Shown piece after piece: positions 35,116 through 45,239 of a stretch of 64,000 nucleotides of DNA. The notes beneath the pieces are model-generated. The model was not told where the DNA came from, ran no database searches, and saw nothing but the letters and a program-made list of their open reading frames with translations. A program made the translations under genes and the position numbers. This DNA is from Anaerolineae bacterium (GTDB taxonomy: Bacteria; Chloroflexota; Anaerolineae; S140-20), in the NCBI GenBank assembly GCA_027021705.1, contig JALUTT010000170.1, forward strand, positions 2,429 to 66,428, in the 5' to 3' direction. Position 1 is the stretch's first letter; each line of letters begins with the position of its first letter.

Positions 35116-36021
35116 TCAAGGACGCCGGCGCAGGGCCAGCCGCAGCCGCACCCAGCCATCCCGCAGGCCGATGCCCGCCAAGACGAGGAGGTGGAGCCAG
35201 CGGGGGGTGGTGGCGGCGTAGTGCTTCTCGTAGAAGATGCGCATCGCCCGGTTGAACTCGATCTGAGCGCGGGCACTGCGCCGGCTGGAAGCCCGCTTCA
35301 CGTGGTGGACGATCACCTCCGGGTAGTAGTAGACCTTCCACCCCGCCTCTTTGATCCGCTTGGCCCAGTCCAGGTCCTCACCGTACATAAAGAACGCCTC
35401 ATCCAGGAGCCCCACCTGACGGATCGCCTCCCCGCGCACCAGCATACAGGCCCCGACAACGGCGTCCACCTCCGCCGTCTCGTCGGGGTCCAGGTAGGTC
35501 AGGTTGTAGCGCCCAAAACGGCGGCTGCGGGGGAAGAGCTTGCTCAGCCCCGTCATCCGCCAGAAGGAGACCTCCGGCGTGGGGAAGCTGCGCCGGCAGG
35601 CCAGGTCCAGCGAGCCATCCATCCGCAGCAGCTTGGGGCCGACGATGCCCGCCTCGGGGTGCCGGGCCATGAAGTCCAGCAGCCCCTGGAGCGCCCGAGG
35701 GGGAACGACGGTGTCCGGGTTGAGCAGGAGGGCGAAGGAAGGGGGAGGGGTGGGGGCGGGGGGCTCGCCGGGGGCGCGGAAGCCCAGGGCCCGCAGCCCC
35801 AGGTTGTTGGCGTAGGCGTAGCCGCCGTTGACGGGGGAGCGGATGAGGCGCACCTGGGGGAAGGTCTGGGCCACCATCTCGGCGCTGCCGTCCTGGGAGG
35901 CGTTGTCCACAACGCACACCTCAAAGGCGAAATCCCCCTCGCTGGCGAAGAGGGAGGCGAGGCAGTCCCGCAGCAGATCGCGGGTGTTGTAGTTGACGAT
36001 CACAACCCCCAGGTCCGACAT
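35116..36021 (-). CDS. Glycosyltransferase family 2 (WbbL-like)
   Basis: VIVNYN, VVDNASQDG, LLNPD, DEAFFMYGEDLDW; start ATG 36021. Confidence 0.9.
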   Translation of the reverse strand: MSDLGVVIVNYNTRDLLRDCLASLFASEGDFAFEVCVVDNASQDGSAEMVAQTFPQVRLIRSPVNGGYAYANNLGLRALGFRAPGEPPAPTPPPSFALLLNPDTVVPPRALQGLLDFMARHPEAGIVGPKLLRMDGSLDLACRRSFPTPEVSFWRMTGLSKLFPRSRRFGRYNLTYLDPDETAEVDAVVGACMLVRGEAIRQVGLLDEAFFMYGEDLDWAKRIKEAGWKVYYYPEVIVHHVKRASSRRSARAQIEFNRAMRIFYEKHYAATTPRWLHLLVLAGIGLRDGWVRLRLALRRRP

Positions 36022-36069
36022 AGCGCCCCGTATTCTAACACGGCTGGAGAGGGCGGTCAACCACTCCCC

Positions 36070-36136
36070 CTTTACGCCCTCTTTACGTCAATTTTATGCC
36101 GTCCTTATGGTTTCCTTCTTCCTTATGAACTACAAT
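36070..36136 (+). promoter_or_regulatory. Four 11-bp-periodic direct repeats (OmpR/PhoB-type boxes) with -10 TACAAT
   Basis: CTTTACG (36070), CTTTACG (36081), TTTTATG (36092), CCTTATG (36103); TACAAT at 36131-36136. Confidence 0.6.
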
Positions 36137-36187
36137 GCGTTTGAACGAGCCCACCGTTGGCTGTTGGACAAGACCCTATCGCAGAAG

Positions 36188-37717
36188 ATGCTCCACCAAT
36201 TCGTTCGACAGAACCGAGCCTTGCTGCGCAAGTTGGTGACCGGCTGGCAGGCCATCGGGGCGGAGGGATTCGCCTGGTATGGACCGAAGGGGGAGAGCCT
36301 CTACGTCGCGGGTGACCTGATGCAGAAGATGCTCCTGCAGGCCACCCTAGCCGGCTTCGGTCGTCTGGTCGTCGCCTTCCCCGACGACCAGCCTCGCCTG
36401 CCGGTCCAGAAGATGCTGGAGGCCCAGGCCAGTATGCTCGAGAGCCTCCTACGCCGGGAGCGGGAGCTGGAGCAGATGACCGCTGAGTTGATGCGCTCCT
36501 ACGACCAGCTCGTCGCCATGTACAATGTTTCCCAGGTCTTTCGGAGCCGACTGGAGCCTGAGGCGGTCCTCCTCTCCCTGTTGGAGCAAGCCGTCCACCT
36601 GACAGGGGCCCGGCGCGGCTGTATCGGGCTGGACCTCGAGGGGAGTGGCGAGGTGCGAGTCCTGACCTATCCGGAGGACCCGCCCGAGGACGAATCTCTG
36701 ATCGCGCGGGTGCTCGCCTACGTGCGTCGGACGGGACGGGTCCTGCTGGCCAACGCGCCGGCCCACTACGCCGACCTGTGGCCGGCCGATCCCGCCCCTT
36801 TCCAGCGCATTGCCGTGGCCCCCATCCGGGTGACCGAGACGGTGGTCGGCTTCCTGGGCCTCTTCGACAAGCCCACCGACTTCGAGGCGGGCGACCAGAA
36901 GCTGCTCTCCGCCCTGGCCGATGAGGGGGGAGCCCTACTGGAGCGGGACCGGCTCTACCGGGAACTGGTGGCCCGGGAGCGTATGCAACGGGAGCTGGAG
37001 ATCGCTGCCCAGATCCAGACCGGCCTCCTGCCCAAGACGGTGCCCCAGGTCCCCGGAGCCGACATCGCCGGTGCTTCCTATCCGGCCACCGAGGTCGGTG
37101 GCGATTTCTACGACTTCTTCACCCTACCCGACGGGGAGGTGGGGTTGGTGCTGGGCGATGTGACCAGCAAAGGGGTGCCTGCTGCCCTCTTCATGGCCGT
37201 CACCCGTGCCCTCCTGCGGGCGGCCGCCCCGATCCACACCTCCCCCCGGGCCGCGCTGGCCTGGGTCAACGCCGACCTCTACGACGACCTGAGCGAGGCC
37301 GGGATGTTCGTCACCCTCTTCCTGGCCCGCTACCGCCCGGCAGAGCGTGAACTGGTCGCCGTCAACGCCGGTCACTCGCCCGTCATCCTCTATCAGGAGG
37401 GCGAAGCACGCCTCTGGGAGGCCGACGGCCCTCCTCTGGGTGTCCTGCCGGAACTGCTGAGTGAGGACCAGACGGTCCCTCTGGCTCCAGGAGACCTCTT
37501 GGTCCTGCTCTCCGACGGCTTCAACGAAGCCCGCAACCCGGCCGGGGAGATGTTGGGCGTTGAACCCCTGTTGGAAACGGTCGTCCTCCACGCCGGTGAG
37601 TCGGCCGCCGAGATTCAGGAAGCCCTCTTGCGACGGGTGGCCGAGCACGCTCAGGGGACGCCGGCCAGCGACGATCGAACCATCGTTGTGCTGAAAAGCG
37701 TCCGGCGCCCTGCGTAG
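36188..37717 (+). CDS. GAF + SpoIIE (PP2C) phosphatase, RsbU-like
   Basis: ELEIAAQIQ, EVGGDFYDF, GDVTSKG, MFVTL, NAGH, SDGFNE, DDRT. Start is uncertain (ATG 36188 chosen). Confidence 0.88.
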   Translation: MLHQFVRQNRALLRKLVTGWQAIGAEGFAWYGPKGESLYVAGDLMQKMLLQATLAGFGRLVVAFPDDQPRLPVQKMLEAQASMLESLLRRERELEQMTAELMRSYDQLVAMYNVSQVFRSRLEPEAVLLSLLEQAVHLTGARRGCIGLDLEGSGEVRVLTYPEDPPEDESLIARVLAYVRRTGRVLLANAPAHYADLWPADPAPFQRIAVAPIRVTETVVGFLGLFDKPTDFEAGDQKLLSALADEGGALLERDRLYRELVARERMQRELEIAAQIQTGLLPKTVPQVPGADIAGASYPATEVGGDFYDFFTLPDGEVGLVLGDVTSKGVPAALFMAVTRALLRAAAPIHTSPRAALAWVNADLYDDLSEAGMFVTLFLARYRPAERELVAVNAGHSPVILYQEGEARLWEADGPPLGVLPELLSEDQTVPLAPGDLLVLLSDGFNEARNPAGEMLGVEPLLETVVLHAGESAAEIQEALLRRVAEHAQGTPASDDRTIVVLKSVRRPA

Positions 37718-37730
37718 ATTCCCGGAGAGA

Positions 37731-37852
37731 GTAACTGTTCACCCTCCCGCAGGTTGGGCGCGTTTCCGATGAGAAACCGTGCTTCCAATAGCCCATCGGG
37801 GCTGAAAGCGCCCTCGACCGGTGACCTGCGGGAGGGTGGGCTGAATAGATAC
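37731..37852 (-). mobile_element. MITE-like element, copy 3 (intact ends)
   Basis: Ends GTAACTGTTCACCC ... GGCTGAATAGATAC. Flanks CGGAGAGA and CGGGGGGA match at 6/8 (decayed target duplication). Confidence 0.85.
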
Positions 37853-37863
37853 CGGGGGGAAAG

Positions 37864-38241
37864 GTGATGCCTTACCGAATCCTGGTCATAGACGATGAAC
37901 CCCATATGGCCCGTCTGGCCTCCTACGTGCTCCAGACGGCCGGCTACGAGGTGCTCACCGCCGAGGACGGCAGGGATGGGCTCAAGAAACTGGCTCAGTT
38001 TGAGCCCGATCTGGTGATCTGCGACATCACGATGCCGGAGATGGATGGCTTTGAAGTCGTCAGCACCTTGCGGGCCGATCCCCGCTGGCACCACCTGCCC
38101 GTGATCATGCTGACAGCCCGAGGGCAGGAGCAGGACATGCAGCGGGCCGAGGAGGTGGGGGCCAACAGCTACCTCACCAAACCCTTCAGTTCCCGCCAGC
38201 TTCTGGGCGAAGTACAGCGCTACCTCAACGGGATCGGCTGA
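37864..38241 (+). CDS. Single-domain response regulator
   Basis: ILVIDDE, DITMPEMDG, MLTA, YLTKPF. Confidence 0.92.
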   Translation: MMPYRILVIDDEPHMARLASYVLQTAGYEVLTAEDGRDGLKKLAQFEPDLVICDITMPEMDGFEVVSTLRADPRWHHLPVIMLTARGQEQDMQRAEEVGANSYLTKPFSSRQLLGEVQRYLNGIG

Positions 38242-38383
38242 GCGTCGCTTGGGGAGCGGCCAGGCTGTCCAGGGCGGCCCATCTGGATCGCCGACCCGGT
38301 CCGACCGCCTGCCCCTACAGCCGGGAACCGTCCAGACCGCCGTCGGTAAACGGTCCGTTTGCCTTACCTTGGAGGGGGGACCT

Positions 38384-41300
38384 ATGGGCTGGCAGTATCC
38401 GCCTCACCTTTTTCCCCTGGTCATAGCAGCCGTCACCTCAGCCTCGCTCGCCCTGCTCAGTTGGCGACGGCGTGCCGTGCCCGGTGCCTGGGCGTTCCTC
38501 GGACTGATGGGGGCCGTAGCTGGATGGTCACTGGGATATGCGCTGGAACTAGCGAGCGCCGACGAGGCAGCCAAGCTCTTCTGGGCCAAGGCCCAGTACC
38601 TGGGCATCGTCCTCGTACCAGCGGCCTGGCTGGTCTTCGCCCTTCAGTACACCGGTCGGGGCAGGGGGGTAACGCGCCGCTTCCTCGCCTTGCTGTCCAT
38701 CGAACCCCTCATCACGTTGGCGTTGGTCTGGACCAACGAAAGTCACGGGCTGATCTGGCGTGAGCTCAGGCTGATCACTTGGGGGAACTTCTCGCTGCTG
38801 GAATCCGTCCACGGGGCGGCCTTCTGGATCCACACCGCCTACTCCTACCTACTGCTCCTGCTGGGCACGATCTTGCTCTTCCGCACCTTCGTCTGCTCCC
38901 CCACCCTCTACCGCCGGCAGGCCGGGGCCATCCTTGTCGGCATGCTGGTCCCCTGGGCTCAGAACGCTCTCTACCTCTCCGGCCTGAACCCCTTCTTCCC
39001 CTATCTGGACCTCACCCCCTTCGCCTTCACCGTCACGGGCTTGGCGGTAGCCTGGGCTCTCTTCCGCTTCCGACTCTTCGACATCGTGCCGGTGGCCCGC
39101 GAGGCGGTGATCGAGAGCATGGAGGAGGGCCTGATCGTCCTAGATCGGCAGAACCGCATCGTGGACATCAACCCGGCCGCCGCCCGGGTCATCGGCTGCA
39201 CCATTTCGGAGGCGATCGGCCGGCCGGCCAATCAGGTGTTGGTCAAGGTCCGGGACCTGGTACAGCGTTACTGGGATGTGATGGAGGCCCACACCGAGAT
39301 CACGATGGAATGGGAGGGACGCTCTTGCTACTACGACCTGCGTATCTCCCCCCTGCGCGATGAGCGGGGTCGCATCACCGGACGGGTTGTGCTTCTACGG
39401 AACATCACCAAGCGCAAGCGGGCCGAGGAGGCGCTGCGGGCCCGGGAGCAGTTTCTCGCCCTCCTGAACGAGATCACCCGGGCCGCCCTGGAGATGCCCG
39501 ACCTACCCACGATGACCCAGGTCCTCGCCGACCGGCTGGGGGAGCTCTTCCACGCCGACGGCTGCTACATCACCCTCTGGGACGAAGAGCGGGAGGTCCC
39601 CATCCCGGCAGCCGCCTACGGAGAGTGGCGGGAGCGCTACCGCTCGGTGACCGTGATGCCCGATGAGACGACGGTGACCGGTTCCGTCCTGGCGGCCGGC
39701 CGCCCGTTGGTCATCGAGGATGTCTTCGACAGCCCCTACCTCAGCCGGCGCATCGCCGAGATCTTCCCCGACCGCTCGCTGTTGGCCCTCCCTCTCATCG
39801 CCCGGGAGCGGAAGCTGGGAGCGGCCCTCATCGCCTTCAACGAGATCCACCACTTCACGCCGGAGGAGATCGGCCGGGGTGAGCAGGTAGCCCAGCAGAT
39901 CGCCCTGGCCCTCGACAAGGCCCTCCTGCTAGAGGAGGTGCAGGCCCAGTGGCGTGAGGCCGAGACCCTGCGCCAAGCAGCCGCAGCCATCACCGAGACC
40001 CTGAGCTTGGACGAACGGCTAGAGCGCATCCTGGTACAACTGGAGCGGGTGGTGCCCTACGACAGCGCTTCCGTCCAACTGCTGCGGGAGGGCTTCCTGG
40101 AGATCGTGGGCGGACGGGGCTTCCCCGACCCGGAAGCGGTCATCGGTCTGAAGTTCCCCATCCCTGGGGACAATCCCAACACCATAGTCGTGCTAGAGCG
40201 CAGGCCCGTCATCCTGCGCGATGCCCGATCCGCCCATCTCCCCTTCCGTCAGCCGCCTCACGACCACATCCGCTCCTGGCTGGGCGTTCCCCTCATCGTC
40301 CACGACCAGGTGATCGGCATTCTGGCTGTGGATGGCGTGGAACCCAACCGTTTCGACGACCGAGACATCCGCCTGGTCATCCCCTTCGCCAACCAGGTGG
40401 CGGTGGCCATCGAGAACGCCCGGCTCTTCGAGGAGACCCGGCGGCTGAAGGTCTTCAACGAGAACATCGTCCAGAGCGTTGCCGAGGCCATCCTCATCGA
40501 GGACGCGCGAGGCGTGCTCACCTTCGCCAATCCGGCAGCCGAGGAGATGTTGGGATACACCCGTGAGGAGCTAATCGGCCTCCACTGGACCGCTCTCACG
40601 TCCGAGGAAGAGCGTGAGAAAGTGCGGCGGGAGAGAGCCCGGCATGCTCTGGGGGCCACAGGCCGTTATGAGACGGTCCTGGTGAACAAGGAAGGTCGGC
40701 GAATCCCTGTCATCGTCAGCGCCCGCCCCTTCTTCGAGGAGGGCCGGTTCGTCGGCGTCCTCTCCGCCCTGACCGACATCACGGAGCGCAAGCAGGCGGA
40801 GATCGAACGGGAAAAGCTCATCGAGGACCTGGATGCCTTCGCTCACACCGTCGCCCACGACCTCAAAGCTCCGCTCTCCCTCATCGTTGGCTTTGCCGAG
40901 GTCCTCTTGGAGGACTACACGGCGATGCCGGCCGAGGAGCGGGAGGAGTTCCTCAGGACCATCGTCCAGGTTGGGCGCAAGATGAGCAACATCGTGGACG
41001 AACTGCTGCTCCTGGCCAGCGTGCGCAGCGCCGAAGTGGAGATGGCGCCTCTGGATATGGCGGCCATTGTGGCCGAGGCCCAACAGCGCCTGACCTACCT
41101 GATCGCCGAGCGCCAAGCCCAGATCATCCTCCCCGAGCACTGGCCGGTGGCCTTGGGCTACGGGCCGTGGGTCGAAGAGGTTTGGGTCAACTACCTCAGC
41201 AACGCCATCAAGTACGGCGGTCAGCCGCCCCGTATCGAGTTGGGGGCGACGGTCCAGCCGGACGGCATGGTCCGGTTCTGGGTGCGCGACAACGGCCCCG

Positions 41301-41536
41301 GCCTCACGCCGGAGGAGCAGGCCCGGCTGTTCACCCCCTTCACCCGTCTCGACCAACTACGTGTCACCGGGCACGGCTTGGGGCTTTCCATCGTGCGGCG
41401 CATCGTGGAGAAGCTGGGCGGAGAGGTAGGGGTCACCAGCGAGGTTGGACAGGGGAGTACCTTCAGCTTTACGCTGGTGGGAGTTCAGGATTGTCCGGTC
41501 TCGATTGTGCCGGTGGATAGGCAGCGAGCTTGGTAG
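38384..41536 (+). CDS. Sensor histidine kinase (HisKA_7TM, PAS, 2 GAF, PAS, HisKA, HATPase)
   Basis: N-terminal 7TM (AKAQYLG...DLTPFAF), PAS and GAF motifs, AHDLKAPL, NAIKY, DNGPG, GHGLGL; start ATG 38384. Confidence 0.9.
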   Translation: MGWQYPPHLFPLVIAAVTSASLALLSWRRRAVPGAWAFLGLMGAVAGWSLGYALELASADEAAKLFWAKAQYLGIVLVPAAWLVFALQYTGRGRGVTRRFLALLSIEPLITLALVWTNESHGLIWRELRLITWGNFSLLESVHGAAFWIHTAYSYLLLLLGTILLFRTFVCSPTLYRRQAGAILVGMLVPWAQNALYLSGLNPFFPYLDLTPFAFTVTGLAVAWALFRFRLFDIVPVAREAVIESMEEGLIVLDRQNRIVDINPAAARVIGCTISEAIGRPANQVLVKVRDLVQRYWDVMEAHTEITMEWEGRSCYYDLRISPLRDERGRITGRVVLLRNITKRKRAEEALRAREQFLALLNEITRAALEMPDLPTMTQVLADRLGELFHADGCYITLWDEEREVPIPAAAYGEWRERYRSVTVMPDETTVTGSVLAAGRPLVIEDVFDSPYLSRRIAEIFPDRSLLALPLIARERKLGAALIAFNEIHHFTPEEIGRGEQVAQQIALALDKALLLEEVQAQWREAETLRQAAAAITETLSLDERLERILVQLERVVPYDSASVQLLREGFLEIVGGRGFPDPEAVIGLKFPIPGDNPNTIVVLERRPVILRDARSAHLPFRQPPHDHIRSWLGVPLIVHDQVIGILAVDGVEPNRFDDRDIRLVIPFANQVAVAIENARLFEETRRLKVFNENIVQSVAEAILIEDARGVLTFANPAAEEMLGYTREELIGLHWTALTSEEEREKVRRERARHALGATGRYETVLVNKEGRRIPVIVSARPFFEEGRFVGVLSALTDITERKQAEIEREKLIEDLDAFAHTVAHDLKAPLSLIVGFAEVLLEDYTAMPAEEREEFLRTIVQVGRKMSNIVDELLLLASVRSAEVEMAPLDMAAIVAEAQQRLTYLIAERQAQIILPEHWPVALGYGPWVEEVWVNYLSNAIKYGGQPPRIELGATVQPDGMVRFWVRDNGPGLTPEEQARLFTPFTRLDQLRVTGHGLGLSIVRRIVEKLGGEVGVTSEVGQGSTFSFTLVGVQDCPVSIVPVDRQRAW

Positions 41537-41549
41537 CGAGGAGGGAAAG

Positions 41550-41936
41550 ATGGCCTACATTCTCTCGATGGAAGACGAACCTCACCTCCAGCGGCTCATC
41601 CAGTACACCTTGCAGACGGCGGGGCACCGCGTCGTCGTAGCCGAAGACGGCGAGCAAGGGCTCGCCCTGGTGCGGGAGCAGCCGCCCGACCTGATCCTGC
41701 TGGACCTGCTGATGCCCAAGGTGGATGGCATAACCGTCCTGAAGGTGCTGAAGGCGGATGCCTCGACTGCCCACATCCCCATCCTCATCGTCACCGCCAG
41801 CGCCCAGCGACACGAGGCCGAGCGTGCCATCACCCTGGGGGCCGATGGCTACTTGATCAAACCCTTTCGGGTCACCGATCTGGTTGAGCAAGTTAACCAT
41901 CTGCTGATGGCCATAGGAAGGTTCAGGGAACGATGA
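41550..41936 (+). CDS. Single-domain response regulator
   Basis: MEDE, DLLMPKVDG, VTA, YLIKPF; start ATG 41550 after GAGGAGGG. Confidence 0.9.
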   Translation: MAYILSMEDEPHLQRLIQYTLQTAGHRVVVAEDGEQGLALVREQPPDLILLDLLMPKVDGITVLKVLKADASTAHIPILIVTASAQRHEAERAITLGADGYLIKPFRVTDLVEQVNHLLMAIGRFRER

Positions 41937-44900
41937 CGGTCCAAGAGCGCGTCTACGCCATCGAGGACCTGACCCAGGATCTCACCCAGGAGAAGGTCCG
42001 CTGGTTGATCAACGCCCACTGGGTCGCGATTACCACGGTGGTGGTGGTCACGCTGGTAGCTGGCTGGCTGCAGACCAACCCCCAGATCTGGCTGACTGGT
42101 AGTGTCGCGGCCTTCATCGCCTATCTGGGTAACCTGCTGTTCGCCTTCGTCTACCGCCGGATACCGGAGCGCTTCCTTCCCCGCGCCATCTTCGCCATCC
42201 TGGTGCTGGATGCGACGGTGATGACGGCAGGGCTCCACTACAGCGGCGGCGTGATGAGCCCCTACGTCTACCTCTACATCCTGCCCATCCTGATGGGCGG
42301 CGTCCTCCTCTCCAGCCGGGCCGCCTGGCTGTTGGCCCTCTTGGAAGGAGGACAGATCGCCCTCCTGACGGTGATCGAGCAGTGGGGGCTCTGGTCTCCG
42401 ACCAGCACGCTGGGAGGCCATCACGTCGGCCAGAGTTCGCCGATCCAGGCAGCCGAGGCGATCTTGGCCGTCTGGGGGATGTGCGGGCTCACCGCCTTCA
42501 TCTACACCTACACAGCGAACCGGTTGCATCGTCAGGAGCACCATCTGCTGGGAGCCAACCGGGCGCTCCGAGCTCGTAGCCGGGAGCTGGAAGCGCTCAA
42601 CCAGGTCTCCGACGCCATTCGGGACAGCCTAGATCCCCACGAGGTGATGACGCGGGCCCTACAGGCTGCCCTGGGGGTCACCGGTCTGGATGCCGGCTGG
42701 TTCATCCTGGGGGATGGTCACGAGGTGTGGGAGTTGCCCGTGGCCCATGGGCTGACCGAGCAGATGCTCCAGGCGGAGCGTGACACCCCTCCCACCTCGG
42801 ACTGCATCTGCGTGCGGGCCTTCGATACCGGTCAGATCCAGCACGCCAGCGAGATGCTGGCCTGTCCCCGCCTCGCCTGGGATACCATCGCTGGCAGCGG
42901 CCTACGCCGCCACATCAGTGTCCCCCTCAAGGCCGGCGACCAGGTGCTGGGCGTCCTCAACCTGGCTTCCTCAGACCACCGGCGGGAATTCAGCCCTGAG
43001 GAACTGCGCATGCTGGAGATGATGGGCACCCAGATCGGCGCGGCTCTGACCAATGCCCGTCTCTTCCAGGAGACTCAGCATCGGGCCGAGGAACTGGAGC
43101 GCCTCTATCGGGTTGCTGTGGCGGCCAGCCGGTCCTTGGACCTAGAGACCGTTCTGGAGAGCGCGTTGGACGAGGCGCTCTCCATCCCGGTCCTCGAGAG
43201 CCGGGGAGGGATCTTCCTGCTGGATGAGGACAAGGGGGTGCTCCGACTCACTGCCCACCGGGGTCTCCCTTCCGACTTCGTTGCTGGCGAACAGGAGGTC
43301 CCCCTCGGGGAGTGCCTCTGCGGCCTGGTAGCCTTGACCAAGCAGTCTTGCATCACCAGGGGCGATGATCCCCGCCACACCCGAGTCTGCCCCTTCTCCT
43401 CCTGGAGCCACGTCAGCGTCCCCATCCTCAGCCACAACCGGCTCATCGGCGTCCTCTTCGTCCACGTCCGGCCTGGCTGCACCGTAACGGCCCAGGAGCA
43501 GCGCCTGCTGGAGACCCTTGGGCAGCAGATCGGCCTGGCTGTGGTCAACGCCCGCCTCTACGCGGCGGAGCAGGAACGGCGACGGGTTGCCGAGACGCTG
43601 CGGCAGATGGCCGGGTTGGTCAGTTCCAGCCTCGCCCTGGAGGAGGTCCTGGACCTCGCCCTCCTCGCCCTGCGTCAGATCGTCCCTTACGCCACTGCAT
43701 CCATCATGCTGCGCGAGGATGATGCGATGGTGGTGACGGCGGTGCGGGGCTTCGAGGAACCGGAAAGGGTGCTGGGACGGCGTGTCTCTCTGCAGGAAGG
43801 GACCCTCTCAGCCGACATCGTGCGCTACAAGGAGCCCATCCTCCTCGACGACGTGCGCCAGGACCCCCGCTGGCTCCCCTGGGAGGAGACGGCCCACGTC
43901 CGTGCCTGGTTGGGCGTCCCCCTCATCGTCCAGGACGAGGTGATCGGCCAGCTCTCGCTCGATGGCGATCGTCCAGGGCTGTTCCGGGAGAAACACCTGG
44001 AGGCCCTGACCATCTTCGCCCAGCAGGTGGCCAATGCCATCGAGAACGCCCGGCTCTACGAGGAGGTGCGGACGAAGGAGAAGGAACTGGCCTATCAGAT
44101 TGACCACGCCTCCGATCCCATCTTCAACCTGGATGCCGAGGGGCGGTTCACCCTCTTCAACCGGGCTGCCGAAGCCCTCTCCGGCTACTGGCGGGAGGAG
44201 ATCCTGGGGCGGCCCTACACCGACCTCTTCTGCCCCGATTACCACGATGGGGTGGCCGACCTGCTCGCCAAAACCGGCGGCGAGGGCTCCCGCCCCTACG
44301 AGGTCGAGATCCTCACCAAGGACGGGGAGCGGGTGCCGGTGGAGATCCGCCTGGCTCCCCTCTACCGGGATGGACAAGTGATCGGAGCCCAGGTCATCGC
44401 CCGGGACATCCGAGAGCGGAAGCAGTTGGAGCAGATGCGGGAAGACTTCATTGCCAGCGTCTCCCATGATCTGCGCACGCCGCTGGCCTCTATCACCGGC
44501 TTCACCGAGGTGCTGCTCTCCGAGGCTCCGGGACCCTTGACCGAGGTGCAGCAGGAGTTCCTGGACATCATCGCTGAGAGCGGTGAGCGACTGCTCAAAC
44601 TGGTCAACCAGATCCTGGATGTCTCCAAGCTGGACAGCGGACGCTTCGAACTCCACCCGGCTCCCGTGGACCTGCGGCTGATGGTGAAGAGCCTGGTAGA
44701 TCAGATCCGCCCCTTGGCGACGAAGAAGCAGATCGCCCTGGAGGTGGAGATCGCTTCGGACCTGCCCGTCATCACGGCGGACCCGGACCGGATGGAACGG
44801 GTGCTGGCGAACCTGCTCAGCAACGCCGTCAAATTCACGCCTGAGGGGGGCTCGGTGAGGGTGCGCCTGATGCGCAACGGGGAGGCGATCCGCTGTGAGG

Positions 44901-45133
44901 TTTCGGACACCGGTATCGGCATCCCTTCCGAGGACCTCCCCCATCTCTTTGAGCGCTTCCGTCGCGCCAGCAATGCCCAGAAGAGACGGGTCAAGGGGGC
45001 CGGTCTGGGGCTCTACATCAGCAAGGCCATCGTCGAGGCTCACGGGGGGGAGATCGGCGTGGAAAGCCGGCTGGGGGAGGGAACGACCTTCTGGTTCACC
45101 CTGCCCATCGGCGGGGATGGGGAAAACCGCTAG
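41933..45133 (+). CDS. Membrane sensor histidine kinase (TM region, 3 GAF, PAS, HisKA, HATPase)
   Basis: SHDLRTPL, NAVKF, DTGIG, GAGLGL; GAF1 and GAF2 are Cys-rich. Confidence 0.9.
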   Translation: MTVQERVYAIEDLTQDLTQEKVRWLINAHWVAITTVVVVTLVAGWLQTNPQIWLTGSVAAFIAYLGNLLFAFVYRRIPERFLPRAIFAILVLDATVMTAGLHYSGGVMSPYVYLYILPILMGGVLLSSRAAWLLALLEGGQIALLTVIEQWGLWSPTSTLGGHHVGQSSPIQAAEAILAVWGMCGLTAFIYTYTANRLHRQEHHLLGANRALRARSRELEALNQVSDAIRDSLDPHEVMTRALQAALGVTGLDAGWFILGDGHEVWELPVAHGLTEQMLQAERDTPPTSDCICVRAFDTGQIQHASEMLACPRLAWDTIAGSGLRRHISVPLKAGDQVLGVLNLASSDHRREFSPEELRMLEMMGTQIGAALTNARLFQETQHRAEELERLYRVAVAASRSLDLETVLESALDEALSIPVLESRGGIFLLDEDKGVLRLTAHRGLPSDFVAGEQEVPLGECLCGLVALTKQSCITRGDDPRHTRVCPFSSWSHVSVPILSHNRLIGVLFVHVRPGCTVTAQEQRLLETLGQQIGLAVVNARLYAAEQERRRVAETLRQMAGLVSSSLALEEVLDLALLALRQIVPYATASIMLREDDAMVVTAVRGFEEPERVLGRRVSLQEGTLSADIVRYKEPILLDDVRQDPRWLPWEETAHVRAWLGVPLIVQDEVIGQLSLDGDRPGLFREKHLEALTIFAQQVANAIENARLYEEVRTKEKELAYQIDHASDPIFNLDAEGRFTLFNRAAEALSGYWREEILGRPYTDLFCPDYHDGVADLLAKTGGEGSRPYEVEILTKDGERVPVEIRLAPLYRDGQVIGAQVIARDIRERKQLEQMREDFIASVSHDLRTPLASITGFTEVLLSEAPGPLTEVQQEFLDIIAESGERLLKLVNQILDVSKLDSGRFELHPAPVDLRLMVKSLVDQIRPLATKKQIALEVEIASDLPVITADPDRMERVLANLLSNAVKFTPEGGSVRVRLMRNGEAIRCEVSDTGIGIPSEDLPHLFERFRRASNAQKRRVKGAGLGLYISKAIVEAHGGEIGVESRLGEGTTFWFTLPIGGDGENR

Positions 45134-45239
45134 GGTGAAAGCTGCCCGATAGCGACTGGGGGTGATGGTTTTCCGGCGAAGCGGTGTATAATCCCATGCA
45201 AGGGATCCCTGCGCACCGATAGCCATTCGGATTGGACCT

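Noticed and set aside
33868..36144. 758-aa plus-strand ORF
   Set aside because: Antisense to the clear WcaJ-like and GT2 genes; no recognisable domain.
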